From Candidatus Nanohaloarchaea archaeon (GTDB lineage Archaea > Nanohalarchaeota > Nanosalinia > Nanosalinales > Nanosalinaceae): 29,282 bases of DNA. The translations under genes were made by a program, and so were the position numbers. This document shows positions 16,737 through 24,872 of the stretch, piece after piece. Where the stretch lies: the NCBI GenBank assembly GCA_041639695.1, contig JBEQBQ010000015.1, positions 1 to 29,282 on the forward strand, in the 5' to 3' direction. A model generated the notes under the pieces. That model was not told where the DNA came from. It saw only the letters and a program-made list of their open reading frames with translations, and made no database searches. The first letter of the stretch is position 1. Each line of letters opens with the position of its first letter.

Positions 16737-16789
16737 GGAGGTATAAAGAGAAACCAAAATATTAACGTCTTTCGACCGAAAGAGAAATT

Positions 16790-17044
16790 ATGGTACGTTT
16801 CGAGACTATTGAGAAAGAACGTAAAGACTATGGAAACTTTCCTGGAGAAAAGTTTATCGAGGTAAGCCGTAACAAGGCGATCCAGGATGACGGCGAGGAG
16901 AACAGTTTTATCCAGATCGCGACCGGTTACTACAGCGATGAAGAAGCTCAGTACAAGAAAAGATTTACAGTTCCTACAGATGAGAAGGCTGTCGAGCACG
17001 TGGTCGAAAAGCTTCCTGAGATGTTTGAGAAGGAGCAGGAGTAA
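16790..17044 (+). CDS. Small protein with PC4/PUR/Whirly-like beta-strands-plus-helix pattern (putative ssDNA/RNA binding)
   Basis: FIEVSRNKA...ENSFIQIATGYY....YKKRFTVP then helix; fold is inferred. Confidence 0.65.
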   Translation: MVRFETIEKERKDYGNFPGEKFIEVSRNKAIQDDGEENSFIQIATGYYSDEEAQYKKRFTVPTDEKAVEHVVEKLPEMFEKEQE

Positions 17045-17409
17045 TGGAGGACTATCTAGTTGCCGTCGATCCCGAGGAAGAGGAAAAGCTTAGATCAGCC
17101 TATCTAGCTGAGGCGGAAGCTGTCAGCCAGGCATGGAGCGTTTTTGCTGACGACCTGACGGACACCGCTCTTTTGCTAGAAAGAGGTGAGCGAACCGGCA
17201 TCAAAGATGTAAGATTCAACCAGAAGAAAGATTCAAGGATCGACTTCGAGGTGCTCGCGGAAGACGAGGACTGTTACGACTTCAGTGTTTATGCGGAAGA
17301 AACTGAGACCGGTTACGGTCTTAGAAATATTCAGAAATGGGCTAGTCCTCTCGGTCCTGAAGAGAAAAGACCGGCCTTAGATTTGATGGAGCAGTTAACC
17401 GAGATATAG
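17044..17409 (+). CDS. Hypothetical acidic protein
   Basis: TAATG coupling with upstream gene. Confidence 0.7.
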   Translation: MEDYLVAVDPEEEEKLRSAYLAEAEAVSQAWSVFADDLTDTALLLERGERTGIKDVRFNQKKDSRIDFEVLAEDEDCYDFSVYAEETETGYGLRNIQKWASPLGPEEKRPALDLMEQLTEI

Positions 17410-17607
17410 AAAAACGTCGCTCTCCACAGTTTATTCCCTTAATTTTTGGTCTATCCTGTTATACCTTCTGGAATTCCCGATATGACTTCATTTCTTACTT
17501 CAGTAATACACCCTGAATCTCTAACTCGATAAATGCTTTCCGTAGAATATCCATGAAGACGCCAGTATTCTAGAATAATACTTAAAGATTGGCACCATCG
17601 TTACACC

Positions 17608-18453
17608 ATGGTGCTAAAAATAGGGATTTCGGAGCAAAAAACTGCTCTAAACAGCTTTATATCTCGATTCAGTCGTTCAGAAACTGCTTCGGATACTGCC
17701 AACGATGCTTCAATCCCAGAAAAACCTTTCTCTGAGTATACAGAGAACTATGATCTAAACGAATACGAATCCAACAGGTTGGACATCGCTTCTCAAGCAG
17801 GGCTTGGCGCAGAGGACGCACTCAAGTTTGCACTACCTCAAGAGACTGCTGAAGATCTTCTCCCTGTTGAGGAAGATTCAGAGAGATTCGAGAGCCCATA
17901 CCACAGAGGCTTTTCCGATGAAGAGATGAGACTTGCTCTCGAAGGCTTCTATGATGAATGGATGAATCCTGAAGAAATAGCGGACAAAGTTGCGGACAGA
18001 AGCCCCTACAACAGAACCTCCCCTACCATAAGAGGCAACCTGGAAAAGATTGAAGATATCGACACGCCTTCCCCTGCAGCAGTCTCCCAACAGGAGGACC
18101 GTGTTGAAGAGGCAGGGGGCCAAGAAGCACGTTTCAGATACGAGCGCGTAGACTTTTTTCGGGATGGAAGAGATTACGTGATGAGACAGAGTATTCCAAC
18201 AGGGGATGAGCTAAGAGATGATACCAAGGGCTATGAAGTAGTTGATGAGATCGATGACAAAGAACTTGTTGCATGGCTCTACGGCGAAGGTCTTAACGAG
18301 CAGGAGATAGTTACCGCGGTTATTGTTAACACCGATAACTCGGATATAACAGAATCAGAAGTCAGAGAATACAGAGCGGATGCAGATATTTCCGACGTGG
18401 CCGAAGAAGTGCTTGAATCCAAAAAGGATAGAGATGAGTTAAGCTTTGTATAG
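17608..18453 (+). CDS. Hypothetical highly acidic protein with possible HTH-like segments
   Basis: MNPEEIADKV...TSPTIRGNL and GLNEQEIV...ITESEVREY look HTH-like; TTAAAG upstream. Confidence 0.7.
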   Translation: MVLKIGISEQKTALNSFISRFSRSETASDTANDASIPEKPFSEYTENYDLNEYESNRLDIASQAGLGAEDALKFALPQETAEDLLPVEEDSERFESPYHRGFSDEEMRLALEGFYDEWMNPEEIADKVADRSPYNRTSPTIRGNLEKIEDIDTPSPAAVSQQEDRVEEAGGQEARFRYERVDFFRDGRDYVMRQSIPTGDELRDDTKGYEVVDEIDDKELVAWLYGEGLNEQEIVTAVIVNTDNSDITESEVREYRADADISDVAEEVLESKKDRDELSFV

Positions 18454-18661
18454 ACATTTTTAGTTAAAATGAAGCTCATTAGGAGCCGGGAATTCAACCG
18501 TTCCCAAGCCCTTAGAAAAACCTTGAAAGGTTCTCATGAGCAGGCATTTTCCAGCATCTCTCACAAAGACACGGAACGCCTATAACAATAATTTTGGCTC
18601 AGTAACGTTATATAGGCAGACGGCTCGATACAGGCAAAAGCCCGGATCTCAGTTAGGACTC

Positions 18662-18961
18662 TCACCGATACCTATTAGACCCGTAGACCATGTAGACGGC
18701 TGCAGCACCCACAAAAGCTGTATAGAAAGTCCAGTGGATCGAACCCTCAAAAATCCGAAGGTGCTCCACCAATCCGACTAGAACAGTCAGAGCTGAAACA
18801 CGGAGAGTCCAAGAACCTATAAACACCGAAAGCTCTTCCTCGTCCTCAAACTTTTCGGGACTGTAACCTGCTATAAGCATGTTCATACCCCTGTACCTTA
18901 TCAGGAACCCGATCAGACCTATGAAGATCCCTGCCGCGACTGTAACAACTGCAGCTTCCAT
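18662..18961 (-). CDS. DUF3784-like membrane protein
   Basis: GFLIRY.G..MLIAGY....D.EELS.FIG; 3 TM. Confidence 0.8.
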   Translation of the reverse strand: MEAAVVTVAAGIFIGLIGFLIRYRGMNMLIAGYSPEKFEDEEELSVFIGSWTLRVSALTVLVGLVEHLRIFEGSIHWTFYTAFVGAAAVYMVYGSNRYR

Positions 18962-19041
18962 GGACCTTCTTTAATTATCTTCAACTAAAAAAGTCGCCTG
19001 TTCTAAAGAAATAAATCAGTTCCAACCACCTTTTCTGCTAT

Positions 19042-19611
19042 ATGATTCCTTTTGAGGAAGAGGCTAGCTTGACCGCAAGCGAAGATTACGCCCAGGAGAT
19101 ACTCGAATCAAACTGGGAACACGTAGTAAGGACTACCCCAGGAATGCTGGAGGATCTTGAGCAAAAGTATCCGAAGCTTTGCGACCTTATAAGCCAGAAT
19201 ATTCTGGAAGACGCCGGCAAAAGAATAGACAACATTTTCAGGACAGGCGTGCCCGACTTTCTCACGTTCAACGACAAGGGCGATTACAAGTTTGTAGAGG
19301 TGAAGAGCGGAGACGACGGTTTGAGGCATACGCAGCTCGACTGGCTCCGTGAATTCGAAGGTATCGAAGCCGAGATATGGTTTACCGAAAGACGGGAGAT
19401 AGAGAAGAAACTGGACACGGAAAACATTTCGGCATACACGTTCCAGGACAGGAAAGGTGAAAGCTCTTCAAGCCAAATAATTGACGAGAAAGATTCGAGC
19501 TACCTGGTTGAGTTACCGAAGACTTTGGCTTCGATAATCGGCATTTCCAGAAAGGATAGCTTCGAGTGGCGTCTGAAGAGTAAAAACGAGCTTATTCTAG
19601 ATTCAAAGTAA
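19042..19611 (+). CDS. VRR-NUC (PD-(D/E)xK) nuclease fused to a C-terminal AbrB/MazE-like domain
   Basis: GVPDF....FVEVKS..D.LR.TQ..W; C-terminal SYLVELPKTLASIIGISRKDSFEW. Confidence 0.8.
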   Translation: MIPFEEEASLTASEDYAQEILESNWEHVVRTTPGMLEDLEQKYPKLCDLISQNILEDAGKRIDNIFRTGVPDFLTFNDKGDYKFVEVKSGDDGLRHTQLDWLREFEGIEAEIWFTERREIEKKLDTENISAYTFQDRKGESSSSQIIDEKDSSYLVELPKTLASIIGISRKDSFEWRLKSKNELILDSK

Positions 19612-19643
19612 AAAGTATAAGCAAAAAGAATCAAAGATTAATT

Positions 19644-20129
19644 ATGGATAATATTGAGTTCTGGAGAGGCACCAGCTTCAAGTTCTTCGCTCAGAATTTT
19701 CACGGAGATAAGTTCTTCAACCACAACAACTCAGCTTACAAGGATCTCTATATTACCACCGATAAGAAGATGGCGAAGAGGTACGTCGGTAAATCTCAAA
19801 TGAGAGGAAACGCCACACTCTGCGTGCTTTTGAGGTTCGAGATACCTAGAGACCGGGTTTACGCTACGGAAAACTACAAAGAACATGGATATGAAGATGT
19901 GGAAAGGATGATGCAGGATATAGAGAGAAAGATAGAGGATGGCGAACAGGTTATCCTTCAGCCTGAGACCGGCCTTGAAAAATACAAGACAAAGTTCCTG
20001 AAGACGAAATACCTTGAACATCTTGAGGAGTTCTATGCCAAAGGACCTAAGGAAAAAGAGGGCAAGACTATAAAGATTAGAGGTAGTCCGAAACGCGTGG
20101 AGCAATTTATAAAGTCGGAAACCTCCTAG
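19644..20129 (+). CDS. Putative ADP-ribosyltransferase-fold protein
   Basis: FWRGTS, LYITTDKKMAKRY and VLLRFEIP in ART-like order; Lys-rich. Confidence 0.55.
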   Translation: MDNIEFWRGTSFKFFAQNFHGDKFFNHNNSAYKDLYITTDKKMAKRYVGKSQMRGNATLCVLLRFEIPRDRVYATENYKEHGYEDVERMMQDIERKIEDGEQVILQPETGLEKYKTKFLKTKYLEHLEEFYAKGPKEKEGKTIKIRGSPKRVEQFIKSETS

Positions 20130-20205
20130 AATTAGAAGAATAACTCACTCTGCAAAGGGATAACTCCCGTCCTAATATAAAAGTGTCATGACTAGATAGC
20201 AACTG

Positions 20206-21039
20206 ATGAACCGGATTGAGGAAGCACCTGAGTTCGAGGAGCTACGTAAAGTCGTGGAAGGGATCTGTGAGGTAGCAGACGAAGACCAGCTAAAGGCTCC
20301 AGCCATCGATGAGGTGGCGGAAGAACTAGATACTTCTCATGCTACGGTTCGGCGCTGGGCGGACGGAGACTACAACCATGCCGCGAGAACAGCTGGTTAT
20401 ATACCTAACAGAGGTATGAATATAGGAGATTTCATGGCGGTCTACGATAAATTGGGCGAGTCCGAGGACAAGGTTACGAAGCGAGTTGTGGAAGAGAAAG
20501 CACCCATCTCTCCTGTAGGCCAGTGGGACAATAACATTACACACGCCCAATTGCGGGAAAAACATGGGATAGAACTCAACGAACTTCAGGAACGTAATCG
20601 GAAGGGTAAAGAGAATGAAAATCCTTTTCCCGGTAAGATCTACGGAGATGAAGAGGAGAACCTTGAATATAAGATTAGAGGTGTTATATTCAGATATCTG
20701 GAGGATGAAAACAGGGTTCCCTCAGACACTGAATTGACTGAGAATGTTGGCTATAGGGAGTTTACTGGCGGAACTTTGAGAGAGATTGCCGATTTCCATG
20801 CTGACCCCGCCGTTGCTGAAGGTAAAGCAGGGATACTTTCGGCAGCGAGAGAGAATCATATATTCGACTTCTGGGTCGACGAATATCTAGATGTGGACTG
20901 GACAGGATACCAAGATATCGAAGTCGATATGCTAATGGACTTGAAGATGAACGACGAGGATATAAAAGAGAGCGAACTGAACGCTGTAGCAAGAAAATAC
21001 AGCAAATGGGTAGATTTCAGCAGGTATTCCCGACGTTAA
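20206..21039 (+). CDS. Protein with degenerate homing-endonuclease-associated/HTH DNA-binding repeats, no nuclease motif
   Basis: PAIDEVAEELDTSHATVRRWADGDYNHAARTAGYIPN plus two weaker copies. Confidence 0.6.
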   Translation: MNRIEEAPEFEELRKVVEGICEVADEDQLKAPAIDEVAEELDTSHATVRRWADGDYNHAARTAGYIPNRGMNIGDFMAVYDKLGESEDKVTKRVVEEKAPISPVGQWDNNITHAQLREKHGIELNELQERNRKGKENENPFPGKIYGDEEENLEYKIRGVIFRYLEDENRVPSDTELTENVGYREFTGGTLREIADFHADPAVAEGKAGILSAARENHIFDFWVDEYLDVDWTGYQDIEVDMLMDLKMNDEDIKESELNAVARKYSKWVDFSRYSRR

Positions 21040-21151
21040 TAGAATCCATCTACTTTATACCGCTCTTCACACATTTTATCCAAATTCTTTTTGACTCCAA
21101 CATTCCTTTCCGCTAGAAATTATTTAATCCAGAACGTAGATTGATGTAGAC

Positions 21152-22249
21152 ATGGAGAACTCAAAAGTTCTGATCATCTCCGCAGCCACAGTCATCCTGA
21201 TACTGGGAGCCCTCCAGTTGATCCCCGAACCTGATCCTGTAAGCGATAACCAGAATCCCACTACTCCAGAGGACGGGAACACGACTGTAGAGACTGTCGC
21301 AACGGATTTGAAGGTGCCCTGGGACATCGAGTTTCTGTCAGACAGGAGCATGTTGGTGACGGAGAGACCCGGACAACTTCTCAGGATAGGAGAAAACAGC
21401 ACCACCTACAAAGTGGAAGGCGTTGAAAACGTGGGAGAAGGAGGACTGCTCGGAGTGGAGAAACATCCTAATTTCAGTGAGAACCGTTTTATCTACCTGT
21501 ACCAGACGACGGAAACCGAGGAAGGTTTAACCAACAGAGTGGTTAAATATACTTTACAGGGCGATGAGCTTAGCTCGCCTGAAACGATTATAGAGGGTAT
21601 CCCCGGAGCAGTCTATCACGATGGTGGCGCCCTGGCTTTCGGTCCGGACGATCTTCTCTACATAACCGCGGGAGACGCCACCGAAGAGCAGAAAGCACAG
21701 AACCAGGAAGCCTTGAACGGGAAGATACTTAGAGTTAACGCAGATGGTTCGATTCCTGATTCTAACCCATTCGGAAACCCGGTGTACAGCTACGGCCACA
21801 GAAACCCTCAGGGCTTGACCTGGGACAACCAGAACAGGATGTGGGCGACAGAACACGGCTCGACAGCAACAGACGAAGTCAATCTGATCGAACAGGGAGC
21901 TAACTACGGCTGGCCCGATATCAGGGAAAGTGAGACCCAGGAAGGTATGAGAACGCCTGTAGTTCACTCGGGAAGCACTACGTGGGCGCCGGCAGGACTG
22001 CAGCACCACAACAACAGTCTTTACTTCGCAGGTTTGAGAGGTCAGGGACTTTACAGCGCAGAAATTCAAAATGACGGGTTAGGAGAGTTAGAGAAGCATC
22101 TTGACAGCGAATATGGCAGGCTTCGTGCCATAGCTGAAGGACCAGACGGCGACCTCTACATAAGTACTAGTAATAGGGATGGCAGAGGCCAGCCACAGCA
22201 GAACGATGACAGGATCCTGAGGATAGATACTGAAGGTTTGAACGATTAA
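21152..22249 (+). CDS. PQQ-dependent glucose/sorbosone (aldose sugar) dehydrogenase, membrane-anchored
   Basis: PWDIEF, VTERPG, GEGGLLG, HDGG.LAFGPD, YGHRNPQG, NYGWP, GRLR. Confidence 0.92.
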   Translation: MENSKVLIISAATVILILGALQLIPEPDPVSDNQNPTTPEDGNTTVETVATDLKVPWDIEFLSDRSMLVTERPGQLLRIGENSTTYKVEGVENVGEGGLLGVEKHPNFSENRFIYLYQTTETEEGLTNRVVKYTLQGDELSSPETIIEGIPGAVYHDGGALAFGPDDLLYITAGDATEEQKAQNQEALNGKILRVNADGSIPDSNPFGNPVYSYGHRNPQGLTWDNQNRMWATEHGSTATDEVNLIEQGANYGWPDIRESETQEGMRTPVVHSGSTTWAPAGLQHHNNSLYFAGLRGQGLYSAEIQNDGLGELEKHLDSEYGRLRAIAEGPDGDLYISTSNRDGRGQPQQNDDRILRIDTEGLND

Positions 22250-22326
22250 GACTAGTTTTCCTGGTACACGTTCGGTTCATCATCAGGGAAGATTAGAATT
22301 ATACTTATCAACTGATATCCTGTATT

Positions 22327-22944
22327 ATGGCAGATGCCGGAGATGCTATCGATAACTATCTTTTGTGGGAGCTTTCCAAGCAACAGGGCATTCAGAGGAT
22401 GATTATCGAGGGTCATGCTGACGGAGAGGAGTTGAAAGAAGAAATTGTGGAAAGAGTCAGGAAGGAATATCGAGAAAAGGATTACAGTCTAGATGAGAAA
22501 CTAGAAATGCTAAATGAGTTAGATAGCAATCCCGACTACAGAAATAAAGTATTCAGAGAATGCTCTTGGAAGAAGGAAACTATAAAGGTAGAGGATCTAG
22601 GAACGACTCTACCTCATGCCGGAGACTTACCTCCAGAAGTGATTTCAGGTTCTCTTCCGGAGGTTGTGGGGTTTGTGAATGAAGCGGATCCGGACGAATA
22701 CAAGAGTGTTAACTATATAATGAGTTTGAAGAACGTTCCTGAGGTTCTGAATGAATTTTTACCGTGGGTCTTAACTCTAGGAAATAGATCAGATAAGCGA
22801 GATAGGATGAACAAAGTGCATGCGGAGAAAGACTGGGACATAGAGGACACCCGGGGCATGATTAATGACGGAAACCACCGGACGATTGCCAAAATCTTAG
22901 CTAATGACCTAGAAAAGATAGAGTGCTATGTGGGCCGCCGATAA
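22327..22944 (+). CDS. Hypothetical protein with ParB/Srx-like DGNHR motif
   Basis: MINDGNHRTIA...IECYVG at the C-terminus. Confidence 0.65.
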   Translation: MADAGDAIDNYLLWELSKQQGIQRMIIEGHADGEELKEEIVERVRKEYREKDYSLDEKLEMLNELDSNPDYRNKVFRECSWKKETIKVEDLGTTLPHAGDLPPEVISGSLPEVVGFVNEADPDEYKSVNYIMSLKNVPEVLNEFLPWVLTLGNRSDKRDRMNKVHAEKDWDIEDTRGMINDGNHRTIAKILANDLEKIECYVGRR

Positions 22945-23007
22945 TCCGATAAACCAGATATAAAGTTACAGAACTTTTAACAAAAACAAATCCTCAAAGC
23001 TCTTCTT

Positions 23008-23472
23008 ATGGGTACTTTAGGTGTTTCAGAAACAACTAGAACTATCCTAGTTGTAATCGCAGGCATAGGGTTTGCAATCTACGGCGGATACAGTTTGATG
23101 CAGCAGGACTCAGCTCTCGAGAACGCGGAGCAGATTAATGTAACGATAGACTCAACAGACATTAATACCGTTTCTCAGAGACGCGGAGTTGAGTACAAGC
23201 CTACCGCATCCTTCACCTATACATATAACGGCGAGAGGTACACCAGCGATAATATCTATCCTTCAGGTATCGCACAGGAGTTTAACAGTAAGGAGGATGC
23301 CTCAAATGTAATCGAAGAGTATAATACTGGCGAAACTGTTACTGGTTACATCAATCCTGAATCGCCTGGAAACGCATTTCTCGTAGACGAAAGCAGTAAC
23401 ACACCTTACGTTATGATTGTGATAGGGTTAGCGATGGCTATGATAGGAGTAGGTTCTAAGTTGCAGGGTTAG
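23008..23472 (+). CDS. DUF3592-like membrane protein
   Basis: TM, YKP...FTYTYNGERYTS...G.TVTGYINPESP..AFL, TM. Confidence 0.85.
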   Translation: MGTLGVSETTRTILVVIAGIGFAIYGGYSLMQQDSALENAEQINVTIDSTDINTVSQRRGVEYKPTASFTYTYNGERYTSDNIYPSGIAQEFNSKEDASNVIEEYNTGETVTGYINPESPGNAFLVDESSNTPYVMIVIGLAMAMIGVGSKLQG

Positions 23473-23526
23473 ATGTTTTTCTAATTATACACCTGCTTTT
23501 TAATTCAAGAAAACGGAGGATATATT

Positions 23527-23715
23527 ATGAATTTTAGTTATCAGGAAGAGCTTATCAGCGGTGTTGTAAGCACCTTAATCGGCGTTGCAGTTACTTACGG
23601 TATTTCGATGGCTATACCTACCAACGAACTTGCTTGGGCGTTGACAGCTGTAGGATTCGCAAGCTTCTTCTCAGGATTCTTCGGAAGCTACTACAGCGAT
23701 AAGAAACAAGAGTAG
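23527..23715 (+). CDS. Small 2-TM membrane protein
   Basis: Two hydrophobic helices, TTTTTAA upstream. Confidence 0.7.
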   Translation: MNFSYQEELISGVVSTLIGVAVTYGISMAIPTNELAWALTAVGFASFFSGFFGSYYSDKKQE

Positions 23716-23744
23716 CTTCTACAGTTCTCCATTTATCTGATTTT

Positions 23745-23906
23745 TCAGTCCTCACCTGCTAAGAGTCCGTATCCGAATACTATTGTCCCGATTACTGCCA
23801 GTCCGAAGCTGGGTAGAGCCAACTGGTTATCTGCAAAGGCCGCCAAGAAAGCAGCAAGAACGGTCAGATACACACCGATGCTCCTTGCTTTCTCACTTCT
23901 ATTCAT
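23745..23906 (-). CDS. Unannotated 53-aa 2-TM membrane protein
   Basis: MNRSEKARSIGVYLTVLAAFLAAFADNQLALPSFGLAVIGTIVFGYGLLAGED; TTTTAAA about 25 nt upstream. Confidence 0.65.
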   Translation of the reverse strand: MNRSEKARSIGVYLTVLAAFLAAFADNQLALPSFGLAVIGTIVFGYGLLAGED

Positions 23907-23941
23907 ACCCAAATTAACTTTTCTTCTCGTTTAAAACCTAG

Positions 23942-24169
23942 CTATGGTTTCGACTGCTGGTATAGAATCCAGGCTACAGCAACCAGAGTGATGAGAAGAA
24001 ATGCTGCAGTGAAGAAGCCAAGCTGACCGCCAAGAAGACTCGATAAACCAAGAAAGTCAGTTCTCTTAATATAACCAAGTCCAAAGAATATTCCAACTAC
24101 AAGTGCTGCAGCACCAAATCTCATCCCGAGATCCTTTAAGAACTTCCTGAATGTAAATCTGTTGGACAT
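23942..24169 (-). CDS. Small 2-TM membrane protein
   Basis: Basic N-terminus and two TM helices; ATG 24169. Confidence 0.7.
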   Translation of the reverse strand: MSNRFTFRKFLKDLGMRFGAAALVVGIFFGLGYIKRTDFLGLSSLLGGQLGFFTAAFLLITLVAVAWILYQQSKP

Positions 24170-24240
24170 CAGTCTAAACACCCAGTAAAACCTCCTTCAT
24201 AAAAACTAGTTTATTTCTCCTCATTTACAATAATTATTGA

Positions 24241-24497
24241 ATGGCAGAAATCCAGCAGATCGATCTTGACGGCCTAAAGAACCAGTTCTGTAGCCTATAC
24301 AATATCGAAGCAGAGACGGAAGACCGGACTTACTTTTTCGCTTTGAGACCAGTTATTACAGTTGTTAAAGAGGGGACAACCGAGAAACTGTTGAGCCAGG
24401 AACAGAATCAGTTTTGGAAGAGATGGATGAAGAATCAATTAAGCAGTTCTACAAAGAGAAAGCGAAAGAATATGGAGAGCGACAGAGGGAAAAATAG
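24241..24497 (+). pseudogene. Probable frameshifted hypothetical gene
   Basis: Adding one G to the G4 run at 24372-24375 gives acidic DNRETVEPGTESVLEEMDEESIKQFYKEKAKEYGERQREK* instead of the atypical basic tail. Confidence 0.5.
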
Positions 24498-24604
24498 GGA
24501 AATTAGCCCCAAAGTATGAACTAATAGCTCGTAGCCCCCGAAGGCCTTCCGGCTCAGAACTAAAAATGTTGAGCTAAAGACAAATCTCCTTTTCGGCCGC
24601 TCAA

Positions 24605-24787
24605 CTACTCTCCCACGAGCATCTTCAGAGTGATTTCCAGCCCACAAATTTCACATTCCTGATCGGAAATCAGTTTCTGCAGCGGTGTCACATTATCACA
24701 TCGCGGACATTCGAGCGATTGCAGTTGAGCATTCTCGGTGGCATGATAAGTACCTACATCTGACCTAGTAACGATCTGCTCAGACGT
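24605..24787 (-). pseudogene. 60-codon zinc-finger micro-ORF with ACG where ATG is expected
   Basis: (ACG)SEQIVTRSDVGTYHATENAQLQSLECPRCDNVTPLQKLISDQECEICGLEITLKMLVGE*; in-frame stop just upstream. Confidence 0.5.
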
Positions 24788-24872
24788 GTCAAAAAATTAA
24801 GAGATAAGAGTAAGCTTCTTACTCTAGACTTAAAGAATAAAATAAGAAGAGAGACGTGTAGTTTTTCCTTTT

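Noticed and set aside
17410-17600. AT-rich intergenic region as ncRNA or origin
   Set aside because: Only very short ORFs; no convincing repeats or stems
18536-18781. Plus-strand ORF and imperfect GCCTATA/TATAGGC hairpin (18578-18617)
   Set aside because: ORF overlaps the DUF3784 gene and has atypical composition; hairpin is short with a long loop
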